From positions 1,280,001 to 1,344,000 of the forward strand of contig OZ244561.1 of the NCBI GenBank assembly GCA_965217585.1: a stretch of 64,000 nt of DNA. The letters are read 5' to 3'. Shown in pieces: positions 45,290 to 55,473 of the stretch; within the stretch, counting starts at the first letter, position 1; each line of letters begins with the position of its first letter. A model generated the notes under the pieces. It saw only the letters and a program-made list of their open reading frames with translations, had not been told where the DNA came from and did no database searches. The translations under genes were made by a program, and so were the position numbers. Source of the DNA: Candidatus Latescibacterota bacterium (GTDB lineage Bacteria > Latescibacterota > UBA2968 > UBA8231).

Positions 45290-47983
45290 TTGAAACGATC
45301 CATATTGTACAGCCTAAAAAACATCGCTCTGGTCGCATTGGCCTTGGGGATTCATCCCGCAGGGGCCCAGCAGGACTATGGCACTCGCCTAGGAGTCCGC
45401 TCCGGGGACGCCTTCAGCTACGAACCCCAAGGATCCACCGTGCTGTTCGGTGCCCTGGATCCGGCCGTGCGCAAATGGTATGTACCCCAAGAGCTCTACA
45501 ACGAGTACCAGTGGCGCCAATGGGAGTACACCAACTACGCCCGGGAGCCTTTTCGGCGCTACGTCAACACCAACCTAGAAGGCGACTATTTCTACGATCT
45601 CTACGGTCGCCTAATCACCCGCGGCTGGCTGATTTACGACCACACCCAGAAACAGCCCCAGAACCAGTTCGGCAATTCCCTCTTCAAAGACAGCCGGTTC
45701 TCCGGCTGGTTCAGCTCGCTATTGATTGCCTCCGACAGCAAGGGCCAGTACCACTACTCCCTCAGCATCGGTCACCAACTCCGCACGGTGCTGACTCCTC
45801 TGACCTTTGCCAAAGCTCAGTTTGACGGTCTGCAGTGGGACCTGGCCTCCGATAAGTACCATGCCACCATTATCTACTCTCGCATCAACGCGCCCGGCGG
45901 CAGTAGGGCCGATCCGCCCATCAGGGTCACCAACAACACGACCCTCTTCGGGAGCCGCCTCACGGCCCAACTGGGCGACTTCATCACCGTAGGCAGCACC
46001 CTAGTCAATGCCCATAACTCCCACACCCAGCTCGAGAGCTTTGAGGGCAGTCTCTTCAAAGGCGAATTGACCGTCGACCAGAACGAAATTCCCATTTCTT
46101 GGGTGGAGGTCATCCTCAGGGACGACTCCCCGGAGGACGGGGTGGGCGGGGCATCGTTTTTCCAGAGGGGCTCCGACCTCGTCATAACCTATATCGACGA
46201 CTTTGTCGAAAGCGCCCAGGAGATCGGCTTTGAACCCGTGGTCGAAGGCGGTTTCCAGCGCACGGGTTTCCTGGCCGCCGACGGCAGCGAAGCCATCCGC
46301 GTGCGCTACGATTTTGACAGCCCCGACTTTGTCGCCGGGGCCCACGGGGACAAATCGGAGATCGCCGAGGTGCGCTTTCGCCTAGCAGTGGGCAACGACT
46401 ACCAGGTCTGGATGAACTCCGACCGCCAGACTTCGCGCGGCACCGGCGGAGTGGGCTCGGCCGGCGAACAGCCCATTCCCCTGCTCGTAGCTCGCGCCCC
46501 GGGCAACGTCCGCGACAACTCCAATCTGCGCATCCTCAGCTTTGACTACGGACTGCCCACAGCCAACCAAGTTGTCGGTGCCACCATTGAGATGAACGAC
46601 CTCCTCGGCTTCAACCTCTACGCCGAATACGATATTTCCCGCCGCTATCGCATGTACCCCAACCCCAACCTGATCACCCACGACGGCTTCTCGGGCGTGG
46701 TCGGCAACCCCTCGTCGGAAGCCTGGATGGTCAATGCCGCCAAGCAGGCCTACCCCTTGTTCTTTTACGGCGAAGCCTTTAGCATGGACCACAGCTACGC
46801 CACCACCACCTTTGTCTCCCAAGACACACCGCGCCCCGGATTTGTCGACTACAGCGACACCCGCCGTTTCTACGAATTCGTCGACGACAACGACGACCAG
46901 GACCGCTTTCCCGACAACCAGCGCATCGACTGGCTCACCGGCGACTTCCAGGTTTTTCCGGGTTGGGACGAGAACAACGACTTCATCTCCGATTTCAATC
47001 AGAACGACAACCGCCGCAGCCAGCGCCGCAACGAATTTCCCGACTACGAAGAGCCTTTTCTGCGCTACAATGTGGATCGGCCCGAATTTTTGTTCGGCAT
47101 TGACATGAACAACAATGGCTGGATTGACCGCTTTGAAAACGACGAAGAGCCCGACTACCCCTACAAACGGGACCATCGCGGCTACAATCTGTACACCGGT
47201 ATCCACATCACGCCGGACATCCGCCTGATGGTTGGTCGTATAGACGAACGTCTGCTCTCCGAGGACCGCGCCAACGAGACCAACTACCTATTGGTCACCT
47301 TCGACCGGGACTATCCCGGCTTGGGCCGCCTGCGCCTCTTTGACATGTTCAAGCTCATCGAGGACAATATTCCCGAGAATCTCTTCCAGTGGGTCTATCT
47401 GACCTCCGAATCCGAAGGCGAGCTACGGCGTATCACCGACCCTCTCCTATTCGAGGGAGCCTGGCACAACAGCGCCTGGCTCGGTTTCGACTTTACTGGC
47501 TTCAGGGGCTTGAATGTGATCAATAAGGTCAAATACGACTTGACCCATACCCAGCGCGGACAGTCTCAGAACGAATACTTCTTTGGCGTGATCAACAAGG
47601 TCAGCTACCTGCTGGAAGTCGGTCTGCTCGAACTCAAGCCGCGCTGGAAAAGCGAATACCGCAATCAGACCCGGGGATTGTTCACCGGGGGTGAGCGCGA
47701 AGAACTGGTCGAGCTGTTTTCGCTGCTGGTCCGCTTTCCCGTGTTGAACAAGACCTTTGTCGAAGGCGGTGCTGAACTCCTCTGGCTCAACGACCTGAAA
47801 GGGCAAGAGAACGACTCGACCAGCAGCGTTTTGGCTCTGCAATTCACCAACCAAGTGGCCTATCAGGGCTATCAACTGACTACTCAGATGGGTCTGAAAT
47901 TCGACCGCCGTAAACCCCGAGGACAAAAAGCTAGGACTACGAGCGAGACCTTTATCACCGTATTCGCCGGTCTGGGCGAATGA
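45290..47983 (+). CDS. Uncharacterised ~900-aa outer-membrane barrel-like protein with Asp/Asn-rich insert (family paralog 1)
   Basis: RBS AAGGAGG plus TTG; signal AGA-Q; TPLT..., DDSPEDG, RAPGNVRDNSN, VDDNDDQDRFPD...PDYEEPFL...PDYPY; amphipathic strands at the C-terminus. Confidence 0.7.
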   Translation: MKRSILYSLKNIALVALALGIHPAGAQQDYGTRLGVRSGDAFSYEPQGSTVLFGALDPAVRKWYVPQELYNEYQWRQWEYTNYAREPFRRYVNTNLEGDYFYDLYGRLITRGWLIYDHTQKQPQNQFGNSLFKDSRFSGWFSSLLIASDSKGQYHYSLSIGHQLRTVLTPLTFAKAQFDGLQWDLASDKYHATIIYSRINAPGGSRADPPIRVTNNTTLFGSRLTAQLGDFITVGSTLVNAHNSHTQLESFEGSLFKGELTVDQNEIPISWVEVILRDDSPEDGVGGASFFQRGSDLVITYIDDFVESAQEIGFEPVVEGGFQRTGFLAADGSEAIRVRYDFDSPDFVAGAHGDKSEIAEVRFRLAVGNDYQVWMNSDRQTSRGTGGVGSAGEQPIPLLVARAPGNVRDNSNLRILSFDYGLPTANQVVGATIEMNDLLGFNLYAEYDISRRYRMYPNPNLITHDGFSGVVGNPSSEAWMVNAAKQAYPLFFYGEAFSMDHSYATTTFVSQDTPRPGFVDYSDTRRFYEFVDDNDDQDRFPDNQRIDWLTGDFQVFPGWDENNDFISDFNQNDNRRSQRRNEFPDYEEPFLRYNVDRPEFLFGIDMNNNGWIDRFENDEEPDYPYKRDHRGYNLYTGIHITPDIRLMVGRIDERLLSEDRANETNYLLVTFDRDYPGLGRLRLFDMFKLIEDNIPENLFQWVYLTSESEGELRRITDPLLFEGAWHNSAWLGFDFTGFRGLNVINKVKYDLTHTQRGQSQNEYFFGVINKVSYLLEVGLLELKPRWKSEYRNQTRGLFTGGEREELVELFSLLVRFPVLNKTFVEGGAELLWLNDLKGQENDSTSSVLALQFTNQVAYQGYQLTTQMGLKFDRRKPRGQKARTTSETFITVFAGLGE

Positions 47984-49695
47984 TCGTCCGCTCGCCGCTG
48001 CCCGTGTCTATCCTCCGCTGGTTCTTTTTTTCGCTTCTCGCAGCCTGTTCCCCCAGCCCTCCCGAAGAGCCGATCGTCGCCCTGGTCGGGGAAGACCCAA
48101 TCTACAAAAGCGAAGTGGAAGAATTCGCCGCTTCCTTGCTCCCCGGATTGCGCTCCAAACAGAGCGGGCAGCAGGCTCGCCTCGACTACCTGCAGACCCT
48201 CATCGACGAGAAACTGCTGGTCCGACGAGCTCGGGACCAGGGTTTGGATACCACCCGATCTTTTGCGGCTGAAGCGGCAGAGGCCTTCCGCGAGCAAGTT
48301 ATCGACTACTATCGGCAGCAGCACCTCTCACCCCGCGTCACCGTCACCGACGGAGAGATCCGGGAACGTTTCATCAGAGATGGCTTCAACCGGGAACGGG
48401 CTTTGAGCCGACTGGTGGTGCAAACCGCGGAAGAAGCGGCGCGACTGCGCGAGCAATGGGAACAGGGTACCGATTTTGCCGTTCTAGCCCGGGAGCACTC
48501 GCTCGACCAAGGCAGGGCTCCCCAGGGTGGGTACATGGGTTTTATCACCCAGCCCTATGCCTTGCGAATGCACATTCCCACCCAGACCTTCGACAGTTTG
48601 GCAACGGGCGCGGTCTCTCCGCCCCTGCCCCTAGGAAAAGCCTACCAACTCATTCGCTTTACCGAGGAACGGGATGCCGATCCGGCTCTTTACCGCCGGC
48701 AGATAGAACGCAGAATCCGACGGGAAAAAACAGCGATCCAGCGCCGGGCCCTAGCCGAAGAACTGGCCTACGAGCTAGGGCTTCGCCTACGTCCTGAGGG
48801 TCTCGAAATCCTCAAACTCAAACGGACGGGATCGCGTTTGTTCCCCGAGCTATCCCCGCAGGAGGCGGCCACGCCCCTCTACACCTACAAACGGGGCGAA
48901 ATAACGGTCGGTGCCTATATCGACGCCTTTCGCCAAGCCGCAATCCGGCCGGCCCTAGGGGACAGTCTCGCAGTGGTGAGAGCTACCTATCAGACCGTGA
49001 TACCACCGATCATGTTCTGGGAAGCGGCGCTGCAGCAAGGCTATCACGAACACCCTTCCTTGCTAAAGTGGAAAGAACGGGATGAGGTCGAACGGCTGCT
49101 CATGGCTCTGCGCCGGACCGCGGTGGACGACCAAGTCGTCGTCACCTCTGAGGAAGTGGAGACCTTCTACCGCGACAATCCACATCTATTCAAAGAGCCC
49201 GCGGAATTGTGGCTCCAAGAGGTTCTCCTGCAGGATCTAGATCGGGCGGCTCAACTGCGGCGGCGCTTGGACCAAGGGGCGACGTTGGATGAGTTAATCC
49301 CGCTGAGCCAGCGTCTGGGTGCCGTGGAGGCCGCGGGCAAGCTGCACCTGCACTCCTATGAAAAAGCCAAGTACGGCGGCCTAGTGGAACAGGCCCTCCA
49401 AGCCGATATAGGGCAACTGGTCGGCCCGGTAGAGGTAAAAGGAGGTCATTCGATCTTCCGACTGCTGGAAAAAAGTGGGGGCGACCTCATCCCGTTCGAC
49501 TCAGTGAAGCAGCGCGCCGAAGCCACCCTGCGCTACCAAAGGGAACAGCCTATCTTTGAAGTTCTGGTCGAGGCAGTGCGGGAACTGTACGTCGATCAGG
49601 TGCGCATTTTCGAGGATGTGCTCCACCAAGTCCGGCTGCCAGAGGAGGTCTCACTTCCCCCGGGGACGGAAGAACCTAATCCCGATACCCGTTGA
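47980..49695 (+). CDS. PpiC/SurA/PrsA-type peptidyl-prolyl isomerase lipoprotein (two parvulin domains)
   Basis: LAAC lipobox; FAVLAREHSLD...GGYMGF; GPVEVKGGHSIF; ATGA overlap. Confidence 0.85.
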   Translation: MIVRSPLPVSILRWFFFSLLAACSPSPPEEPIVALVGEDPIYKSEVEEFAASLLPGLRSKQSGQQARLDYLQTLIDEKLLVRRARDQGLDTTRSFAAEAAEAFREQVIDYYRQQHLSPRVTVTDGEIRERFIRDGFNRERALSRLVVQTAEEAARLREQWEQGTDFAVLAREHSLDQGRAPQGGYMGFITQPYALRMHIPTQTFDSLATGAVSPPLPLGKAYQLIRFTEERDADPALYRRQIERRIRREKTAIQRRALAEELAYELGLRLRPEGLEILKLKRTGSRLFPELSPQEAATPLYTYKRGEITVGAYIDAFRQAAIRPALGDSLAVVRATYQTVIPPIMFWEAALQQGYHEHPSLLKWKERDEVERLLMALRRTAVDDQVVVTSEEVETFYRDNPHLFKEPAELWLQEVLLQDLDRAAQLRRRLDQGATLDELIPLSQRLGAVEAAGKLHLHSYEKAKYGGLVEQALQADIGQLVGPVEVKGGHSIFRLLEKSGGDLIPFDSVKQRAEATLRYQREQPIFEVLVEAVRELYVDQVRIFEDVLHQVRLPEEVSLPPGTEEPNPDTR

Positions 49696-49815
49696 GACTG
49701 ACGACTAGGACGCGCTCGCCATGGCGAACCACTCGTCCACCGCCGCTACCAATCCGGCGATCTCCTGTCGGTCGAAGCACCCAGAAGTCAATGTGGGTTT
49801 TAAAAACGCCTTACG

Positions 49816-51525
49816 TTACAACTCGGCAAAATTGCCCTGTGGTCGGCTCACAGTAAGCCCCTTGCCCTCGGTGATCACCAGCCAGTGGTCGGCGTCGAGG
49901 TCGCGAAATTCCTCTACCTGACCGCCGGGCCAGCGCACCACCAGCCGATCGACCTTAGTGGCCCGTTGCAGGCCGAAATGGGCGCGGATGTCGCTGTGCG
50001 ACAGGAAGCTGGTCCCCGCGGCAATTTGGCGGATCTGGACGCGGCCGGCGACCACGGCCTCAATGCGGGCCCCAATGCCGTCCCGGTTGCTCGTGGTGCC
50101 AATGAGGGAGACCTCGAGCCAGTGATTGCGGTTGCCGCCGTCGTTGCGCAACAGGGTGGGCGTATCGTCGATATTGAGGACGAGGATATCGATGTCGCCG
50201 TCGTTGTCGTAGTCGCCAAAGGCCGCCCCCCGGCTCACCTTCTCCACGGCCAAGCCGCTGCCGGCCCCGGCACCGATTTCGACAAAGAATCCGCGGCCGT
50301 CGTTGTCAAAGAGGAAATTGCGCTGGGCGTACCCCGTGCCCACATCGTAGTCGTCCAAGACCGGATAGACGTGGCCGTTGGCGGCGAATAGATCCAAATC
50401 GCCGTCGTTGTCGTAGTCGAAAAAGCCCGTGCCCCAGCCCACGAAGGGCATGCTCACCTCGCCCACGCCCACCGCGTGGCTCACATCGGTGAAAAGGCGT
50501 CCCCCTTCACTGCGGTACAAGGTATAGTAATCCTCGGAGAAATGGGTGACGAAAAAATCGAAATCGCCATCATTGTCGTAGTCGCCAGCGGCGACCCCCA
50601 TGCCGGCTTGTTCCTCACCATCGGCACTGTGGCTGGCGCCCGTGGCCAAGGAGACATCTTTGAAGCGCCCGTTGCCTAGGTTGCGCAAGAGCAGATTGGG
50701 ATCGGTGTCGTTGGCCACGTACAGATCCGGGTACCCATCGCTGTCGCTGTCGACAAACACGGGTTGGAAACCGTTGTACGCCACCGAGTCAACGCCGATC
50801 TGAGTGGTGACATCGGCAAAGGTGCCGTCGCCCCGGTTGCGGTAGAGCGCGTCCTGCACTCCCTCATAGGCGTTGGGTCCTTGGAATATCTTGATCCCCT
50901 TCCACAACTGATAGAGTTCGGCTGCGGCGAGTTCGGCTGGATTAAAGCGGACAAAATTGGCCACGTAGAGATCGACATCTCCATCGACATCGTAGTCGCC
51001 CCAGGCAACGCCCGTACTCCAGCGCGGATCCGCCACCCCCGCGGCCTGGGCCACCTCGGCAAAGGTGCCGTCGCCCCGGTTGCGGTAGAGCCGGTTGGGT
51101 CCGTAGTTGGTCACCAGGAGGTCGGTGTCGCCGTCGTTGTCGTAGTCCGCGGCTCCGCAACCCATGCTCCAGGCCGTGTCGCCCACGCCGGCCGTGCGAG
51201 TGACATCGGCGAACGTGCCGTCGCCTTGATTGCGATAGAGTCGATTGCTGGGCGGGGGATCGGGCAGGGGATCGAAGGAAGAGCCATTGATTAGGTACGC
51301 ATCTAGGTAGCCGTCGTTGTCGTAGTCGAACAGACCCGCCCCTCCGCCCTTGGACTCAATGATATAGGTTTTTTGCGGCTTGCCCGAGACATTGCGTCCA
51401 TGCAGACCGGCTTGTTGGGCCACATCGACAAAGACCACTCGCCGCGGTGGAGCTTCTTCACCGCACCCGAACAAAAGCAGGCCCGCGCCGCACAGAGCGC
51501 GGTACAAATTTCGCATCCCAACCAT
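49816..51525 (-). CDS. CRTAC1 family protein (FG-GAP plus ASPIC/UnbV), lipoprotein-like
   Basis: DYDNDG repeats; SNRDGIGARI, AHFGL, VRWPGG; LFGC lipobox; TGATG overlap (alternative start 51516). Confidence 0.93.
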   Translation of the reverse strand: MVGMRNLYRALCGAGLLLFGCGEEAPPRRVVFVDVAQQAGLHGRNVSGKPQKTYIIESKGGGAGLFDYDNDGYLDAYLINGSSFDPLPDPPPSNRLYRNQGDGTFADVTRTAGVGDTAWSMGCGAADYDNDGDTDLLVTNYGPNRLYRNRGDGTFAEVAQAAGVADPRWSTGVAWGDYDVDGDVDLYVANFVRFNPAELAAAELYQLWKGIKIFQGPNAYEGVQDALYRNRGDGTFADVTTQIGVDSVAYNGFQPVFVDSDSDGYPDLYVANDTDPNLLLRNLGNGRFKDVSLATGASHSADGEEQAGMGVAAGDYDNDGDFDFFVTHFSEDYYTLYRSEGGRLFTDVSHAVGVGEVSMPFVGWGTGFFDYDNDGDLDLFAANGHVYPVLDDYDVGTGYAQRNFLFDNDGRGFFVEIGAGAGSGLAVEKVSRGAAFGDYDNDGDIDILVLNIDDTPTLLRNDGGNRNHWLEVSLIGTTSNRDGIGARIEAVVAGRVQIRQIAAGTSFLSHSDIRAHFGLQRATKVDRLVVRWPGGQVEEFRDLDADHWLVITEGKGLTVSRPQGNFAEL

Positions 51526-52652
51526 CAGTCGCGTCCGTCGATAAATTCCAAGTCGCACTCGGCGACTGTGCGACCCTCTGCAGGTGCAAACGTCCACCGC
51601 TCTATCTCGGAGCGGATACAGGCATCTACCGCCGCGCTCACCACACCCGAATCGACGATTTCCACCTCTGCCACGGCACCGGTAGGGTCGATGGCCAAGC
51701 GGACTTTCATCCGCCCTGCGGCCGCGCGGCCAGCGACGAATTCGCGGGCAAAACAGGCGTTGATGGCCGGCAGGCGGTCGCGCAGTTCGCCCTCGAGCGC
51801 GCTGGCCGCCCGCGTCGGCCCCCCGCCTGCGCCGTGGTCTAGCTGTAGCGGGCCGCCTAGCCGGGCGTAGGTGCCAGGCCCGCGCTCGGGCTCGTCCCGC
51901 GCTCGCTCGACGAGTTCCCGCTGCACCTCGCGCTTGAACTCAAAGCGCAGGGTGGTGGTCTCCAACGGCGCGTTGTGGGGATTGAATTTGAGCACGAAGT
52001 CGCGCAGCACCAAGGAGACTTGCGCGACCTCGTCGGCGAGCGGATCAAAGACAATCAAACCCCGGTACGACTCGCCTTTGAAAATCTTGCGGTCGATGTT
52101 GTAGTTGTTGCTGCGCACAATGCCCATGCGCATGTTGAAGCGGTAAAAATCATTGCCGCTGGAGCTCCTGCGGGCGCGGTAGTAGGACTCGAAGTTCCTA
52201 GGCGACGAACCCGCCAAAATGCCGTAGGGCTGGAGGAATTCGCCACCCCGATCCGTCAGCAGCACGGCCTTGAGGGGGTTGAGTTCCACTTTGGCAAAGG
52301 CGCGGTTGTATACCTCGATTTCAAAGACAGTAAAGCGATTGCGAACATAGCCGACCGTCGGATCGACATAGTCGCCAAAGGTGTAGGGATTGATCGAGTA
52401 CTCGCCCTGACTCGACTCCGTGGGAAACATGGCGTTGAGTTCTCGGTCGCTCAGGTGGCGGGCCAAGAGGCGCAGGCCTTCGAGGGTGTAGGAGACGGTC
52501 CCGTCGCTCTCCAAAGCGTACTGGGCCGAGGCCGCAGACACCGGCAGCAGCCGGGAGACCTGGACAATTTGCTGGGGGTAGAGCAAATGGCAGCCGCAGA
52601 CTAGGAGCCAGAGTCCGGCCGCGCAGGGGCCTATTTTTTTGCTCAGCGGCAT
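51525..52652 (-). CDS. Lipoprotein with C-terminal TonB-C/AgmX-PglI-like domain (paralog of 18998-20197)
   Basis: VCGC lipobox; shared YT[YF]GDYVDP..GYVRNRFTVF, FESYYRAR, MRMG.VR, LRDF.LKFN. Confidence 0.75.
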   Translation of the reverse strand: MPLSKKIGPCAAGLWLLVCGCHLLYPQQIVQVSRLLPVSAASAQYALESDGTVSYTLEGLRLLARHLSDRELNAMFPTESSQGEYSINPYTFGDYVDPTVGYVRNRFTVFEIEVYNRAFAKVELNPLKAVLLTDRGGEFLQPYGILAGSSPRNFESYYRARRSSSGNDFYRFNMRMGIVRSNNYNIDRKIFKGESYRGLIVFDPLADEVAQVSLVLRDFVLKFNPHNAPLETTTLRFEFKREVQRELVERARDEPERGPGTYARLGGPLQLDHGAGGGPTRAASALEGELRDRLPAINACFAREFVAGRAAAGRMKVRLAIDPTGAVAEVEIVDSGVVSAAVDACIRSEIERWTFAPAEGRTVAECDLEFIDGRD

Positions 52653-52656
52653 CGGC

Positions 52657-55473
52657 TCATTCAAAACCCAAAAATACCCGCATGAACAAAGAGGTGACGT
52701 CGAGGTCGTCTCCGGCGCGGGTGGGATCGTCAAAGGTCCGGCGGGTGAGGCGCAAGCCCACATTGGTCGAGAGCGCATAGCCGAAATAGTTCGAATGATT
52801 GGTCAGTTGCACGACTCGCACGGCCTCGGTAAAACTGTTGCGGTTATCAGTGCGGTCTTTTTTGCTCAGCGGCAAAAAGGGCAGGCCCTGCATCCCGCAG
52901 GAAAATTCAGTGCGCGGCGTCAGCCTATACTGGGCCTTGAGGATGGGGACCAACGTCCACTCGTCCTCCAGCGCGACCGGCAGGCTGTCGCGGTTGCGGC
53001 GCAAGTACAGTCCTTTGCCCTGAAAGACCACTAGCCAGTTCGCCGTAGCTTCCCAGTGGTACGCGACTCGGGATATTAGGGTCAGCAGGCGGATTTCGTC
53101 GGCACCCTGATCCGAACCATCGGACAGCACTGCGGCCTGCTGGCGATTGATGGCATAGCGCATATTGCCGTCCAAACGCAGGCCAGCCAGCGGCCACCAC
53201 GCTCCTTCGAGGTAGTGCTGGCGGTCAATGCTGTCGCGCCACTCGAGCAAATCCCCCACCGTAGTGCGGTCGTACACTAGGGACCCGGGGCTGTGGTACG
53301 GGGCATCGGGAGCGGGTTCCGACAGGGTTTCTTCAAAGGTCTGGTACGGGTTGGCAAAGTCGTCGTGAACGCGCTGCAAGAACATCTCGCCGGCAAAATA
53401 GCCCCACTGCCCATCGCGGCGCGGCAGGGCAATGCTGGCGTAGTCAATATCGTTGCGCCGCTCGCTAAGAATGCCTTTGGCCTTGAGCCGCCCCACCCCA
53501 ACAGACCAGCCGCCGGGCAGGCGCAGCCGACCGAAGACGTGACCGCCTCGCTGGTCCTGCTGGTAGGGCAGATCGGGTTCTAGGTCGTCCTCGCGCACAT
53601 CGGCGATGCCGTTGTGGTTCCAGTCGCGGCCGTAGAAGTACACGTCCGGTTCCACTGCAAAGAGCAAAAAAGGCTCGACGTAATCGGGTAGGGCATTGCC
53701 ATTGCGATTGGTATCGGGAATGCCGTCGTTGTCCGCGTCGTTGCCGGGGAAGACCCCGTCTGGGTCGTAGTCGGTCGCGCCGTGGTGGCCGCCCCGCGCT
53801 CCGGGACCCCGGTCGGGCCAGCGGTCGTTGTCGTCGTTGTCCTCGACAAAGCCGTCGGAGATCTCGGCTCCCGGCACCGCGGCTACGTGGTCGCCGATCA
53901 ACTGACGGGTGAAATCCGGCCCCACCGAGAACAATTCACCCCCCAATTCGAGATAGGAGCTAGCCCACTCCGCAGTCAGATAGTACGAGGCGTCCCGGGT
54001 GGTGCTGCGCGCTCCGTTCCACTGGCGCACGCCCTCGAATTCCCTCGGGGGGCGATGTCCGGGCCGGCCGTCTGGATAGCGCAAGTACTCAATGCTGCGG
54101 GCGAATTCCCCGCGAATGCGGGTGCGACCTCTTTCAAAGTAGCCGTCAACGCCAACCACGGTGCGGCCGGTCCAAGCTCCGGCGTCGAGGCGAATCTGCG
54201 TCGCATTGGACAGATCTTGGACATTGCCCGGGGCGCGGCGCAGCGATTCGAGGTTGGCCAAGCGCCAGCGCGCCTGTTCCTGGGTGGCCTGGGGTTCGGC
54301 TTCGTACAGGCCGACCAGCTCCACCCGGTAGTCGTTGCCCACCACGGCTTCCACCTCGACCTGCTCGACAAAATACTCCTCGGTCAGATCAAAAAAGGCC
54401 AGAATGACATCGTAGCCATCGGCGCGCAATTCAGCGTCCGCCTCAATGGGCACAATAAAGTTCACCAGTTCGCCGAGATTGACGTTGCGGGAGACATCCT
54501 CGCCCTGCAAGTGGCGGCGCAGGTAGAAAAAATCCGCATAGCGCGTGCCTTGGTCGGTGTACGGACGCCGCTGAAACTGTCCGGTGAGTCGATTGTTGAG
54601 GCCCACGGCCGTGGGATTGCGGGCGTCAATGCGCACCAACTCGGGCGCAATATCCGGCCGGTACTCGCCGTTGATCAGCAGGCGCACCGCGGAAATAGCA
54701 GCGCCAGCGCGCTCGTCGCCGGGGGAATCGTCGGCAAAGCGCGCAATGATAAAACTGGGCAAAACTTGGTCCCCGCGCAGATCGCCTCGGAGGGAAAAAT
54801 CGCCCTGCGCGCTGTCGAAGAGATTGAAGTGGACGCCAGTGGCCCCCAAGGTGAGAGCGCCCAGGTGCAATTCGCCGCGTCCGCCCGTGAGCAGGGAGGC
54901 ATTGCGCGCTTCTGATCGCGGAGTGCCGGCCACCCAGATGGGGTCGCGGAAGCGCGAGGCCAACAGCGAGAATTGGGTCGGCCCTTTGTCGACGTCGAGG
55001 CGGACCCCGTTGACGCCAGTCATATCGAGGGTCAGGGGCGTAAAAAAGGTGCGGATCTCGTCGCCGATGATCAGCCGGGCGGACCAGTCGCTGTAACTGT
55101 CGAAGCCGACGATATTGCGGTCCAGCAGCCCATAGCGCGCGTTCTGCTTGAAGAGCTGGCTGTTGGGCGCTTGGCCAATGGGGAAGTCGGCGCGCGTCTC
55201 CCGCCACGAAAACACGTCGTACCCGTAGATCAGGTGATGGCCGAGCGGGCCGTAGTAATTGCGCCGATCAAAGGGTGGCAGCAGGGTCTGATCCGGGATC
55301 TCGTAGTCCGTTTGCGCGCGGTTGACGTATGGGCGGCCGGGTCGGTGGACGAAGGGGTGGGCCGGGAGAAAGGTCGGCACCCCGGCCCGGGGGCCGGACT
55401 CCTCGGCTTCGAGCCCTAAAAATGGGAGGGCCGGCAAGAGGAGCAAGCATCCCATGCCAATGGCTGCTCTCAT
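52657..55473 (-). CDS. Barrel-like family paralog 2
   Basis: FTPLTLD, DDSPGD, RAPGNVQDLSN, VEDNDDNDRWPD...PDYVEPFL...PDLPY; ends LFMRVFLGFE. Confidence 0.7.
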   Translation of the reverse strand: MRAAIGMGCLLLLPALPFLGLEAEESGPRAGVPTFLPAHPFVHRPGRPYVNRAQTDYEIPDQTLLPPFDRRNYYGPLGHHLIYGYDVFSWRETRADFPIGQAPNSQLFKQNARYGLLDRNIVGFDSYSDWSARLIIGDEIRTFFTPLTLDMTGVNGVRLDVDKGPTQFSLLASRFRDPIWVAGTPRSEARNASLLTGGRGELHLGALTLGATGVHFNLFDSAQGDFSLRGDLRGDQVLPSFIIARFADDSPGDERAGAAISAVRLLINGEYRPDIAPELVRIDARNPTAVGLNNRLTGQFQRRPYTDQGTRYADFFYLRRHLQGEDVSRNVNLGELVNFIVPIEADAELRADGYDVILAFFDLTEEYFVEQVEVEAVVGNDYRVELVGLYEAEPQATQEQARWRLANLESLRRAPGNVQDLSNATQIRLDAGAWTGRTVVGVDGYFERGRTRIRGEFARSIEYLRYPDGRPGHRPPREFEGVRQWNGARSTTRDASYYLTAEWASSYLELGGELFSVGPDFTRQLIGDHVAAVPGAEISDGFVEDNDDNDRWPDRGPGARGGHHGATDYDPDGVFPGNDADNDGIPDTNRNGNALPDYVEPFLLFAVEPDVYFYGRDWNHNGIADVREDDLEPDLPYQQDQRGGHVFGRLRLPGGWSVGVGRLKAKGILSERRNDIDYASIALPRRDGQWGYFAGEMFLQRVHDDFANPYQTFEETLSEPAPDAPYHSPGSLVYDRTTVGDLLEWRDSIDRQHYLEGAWWPLAGLRLDGNMRYAINRQQAAVLSDGSDQGADEIRLLTLISRVAYHWEATANWLVVFQGKGLYLRRNRDSLPVALEDEWTLVPILKAQYRLTPRTEFSCGMQGLPFLPLSKKDRTDNRNSFTEAVRVVQLTNHSNYFGYALSTNVGLRLTRRTFDDPTRAGDDLDVTSLFMRVFLGFE

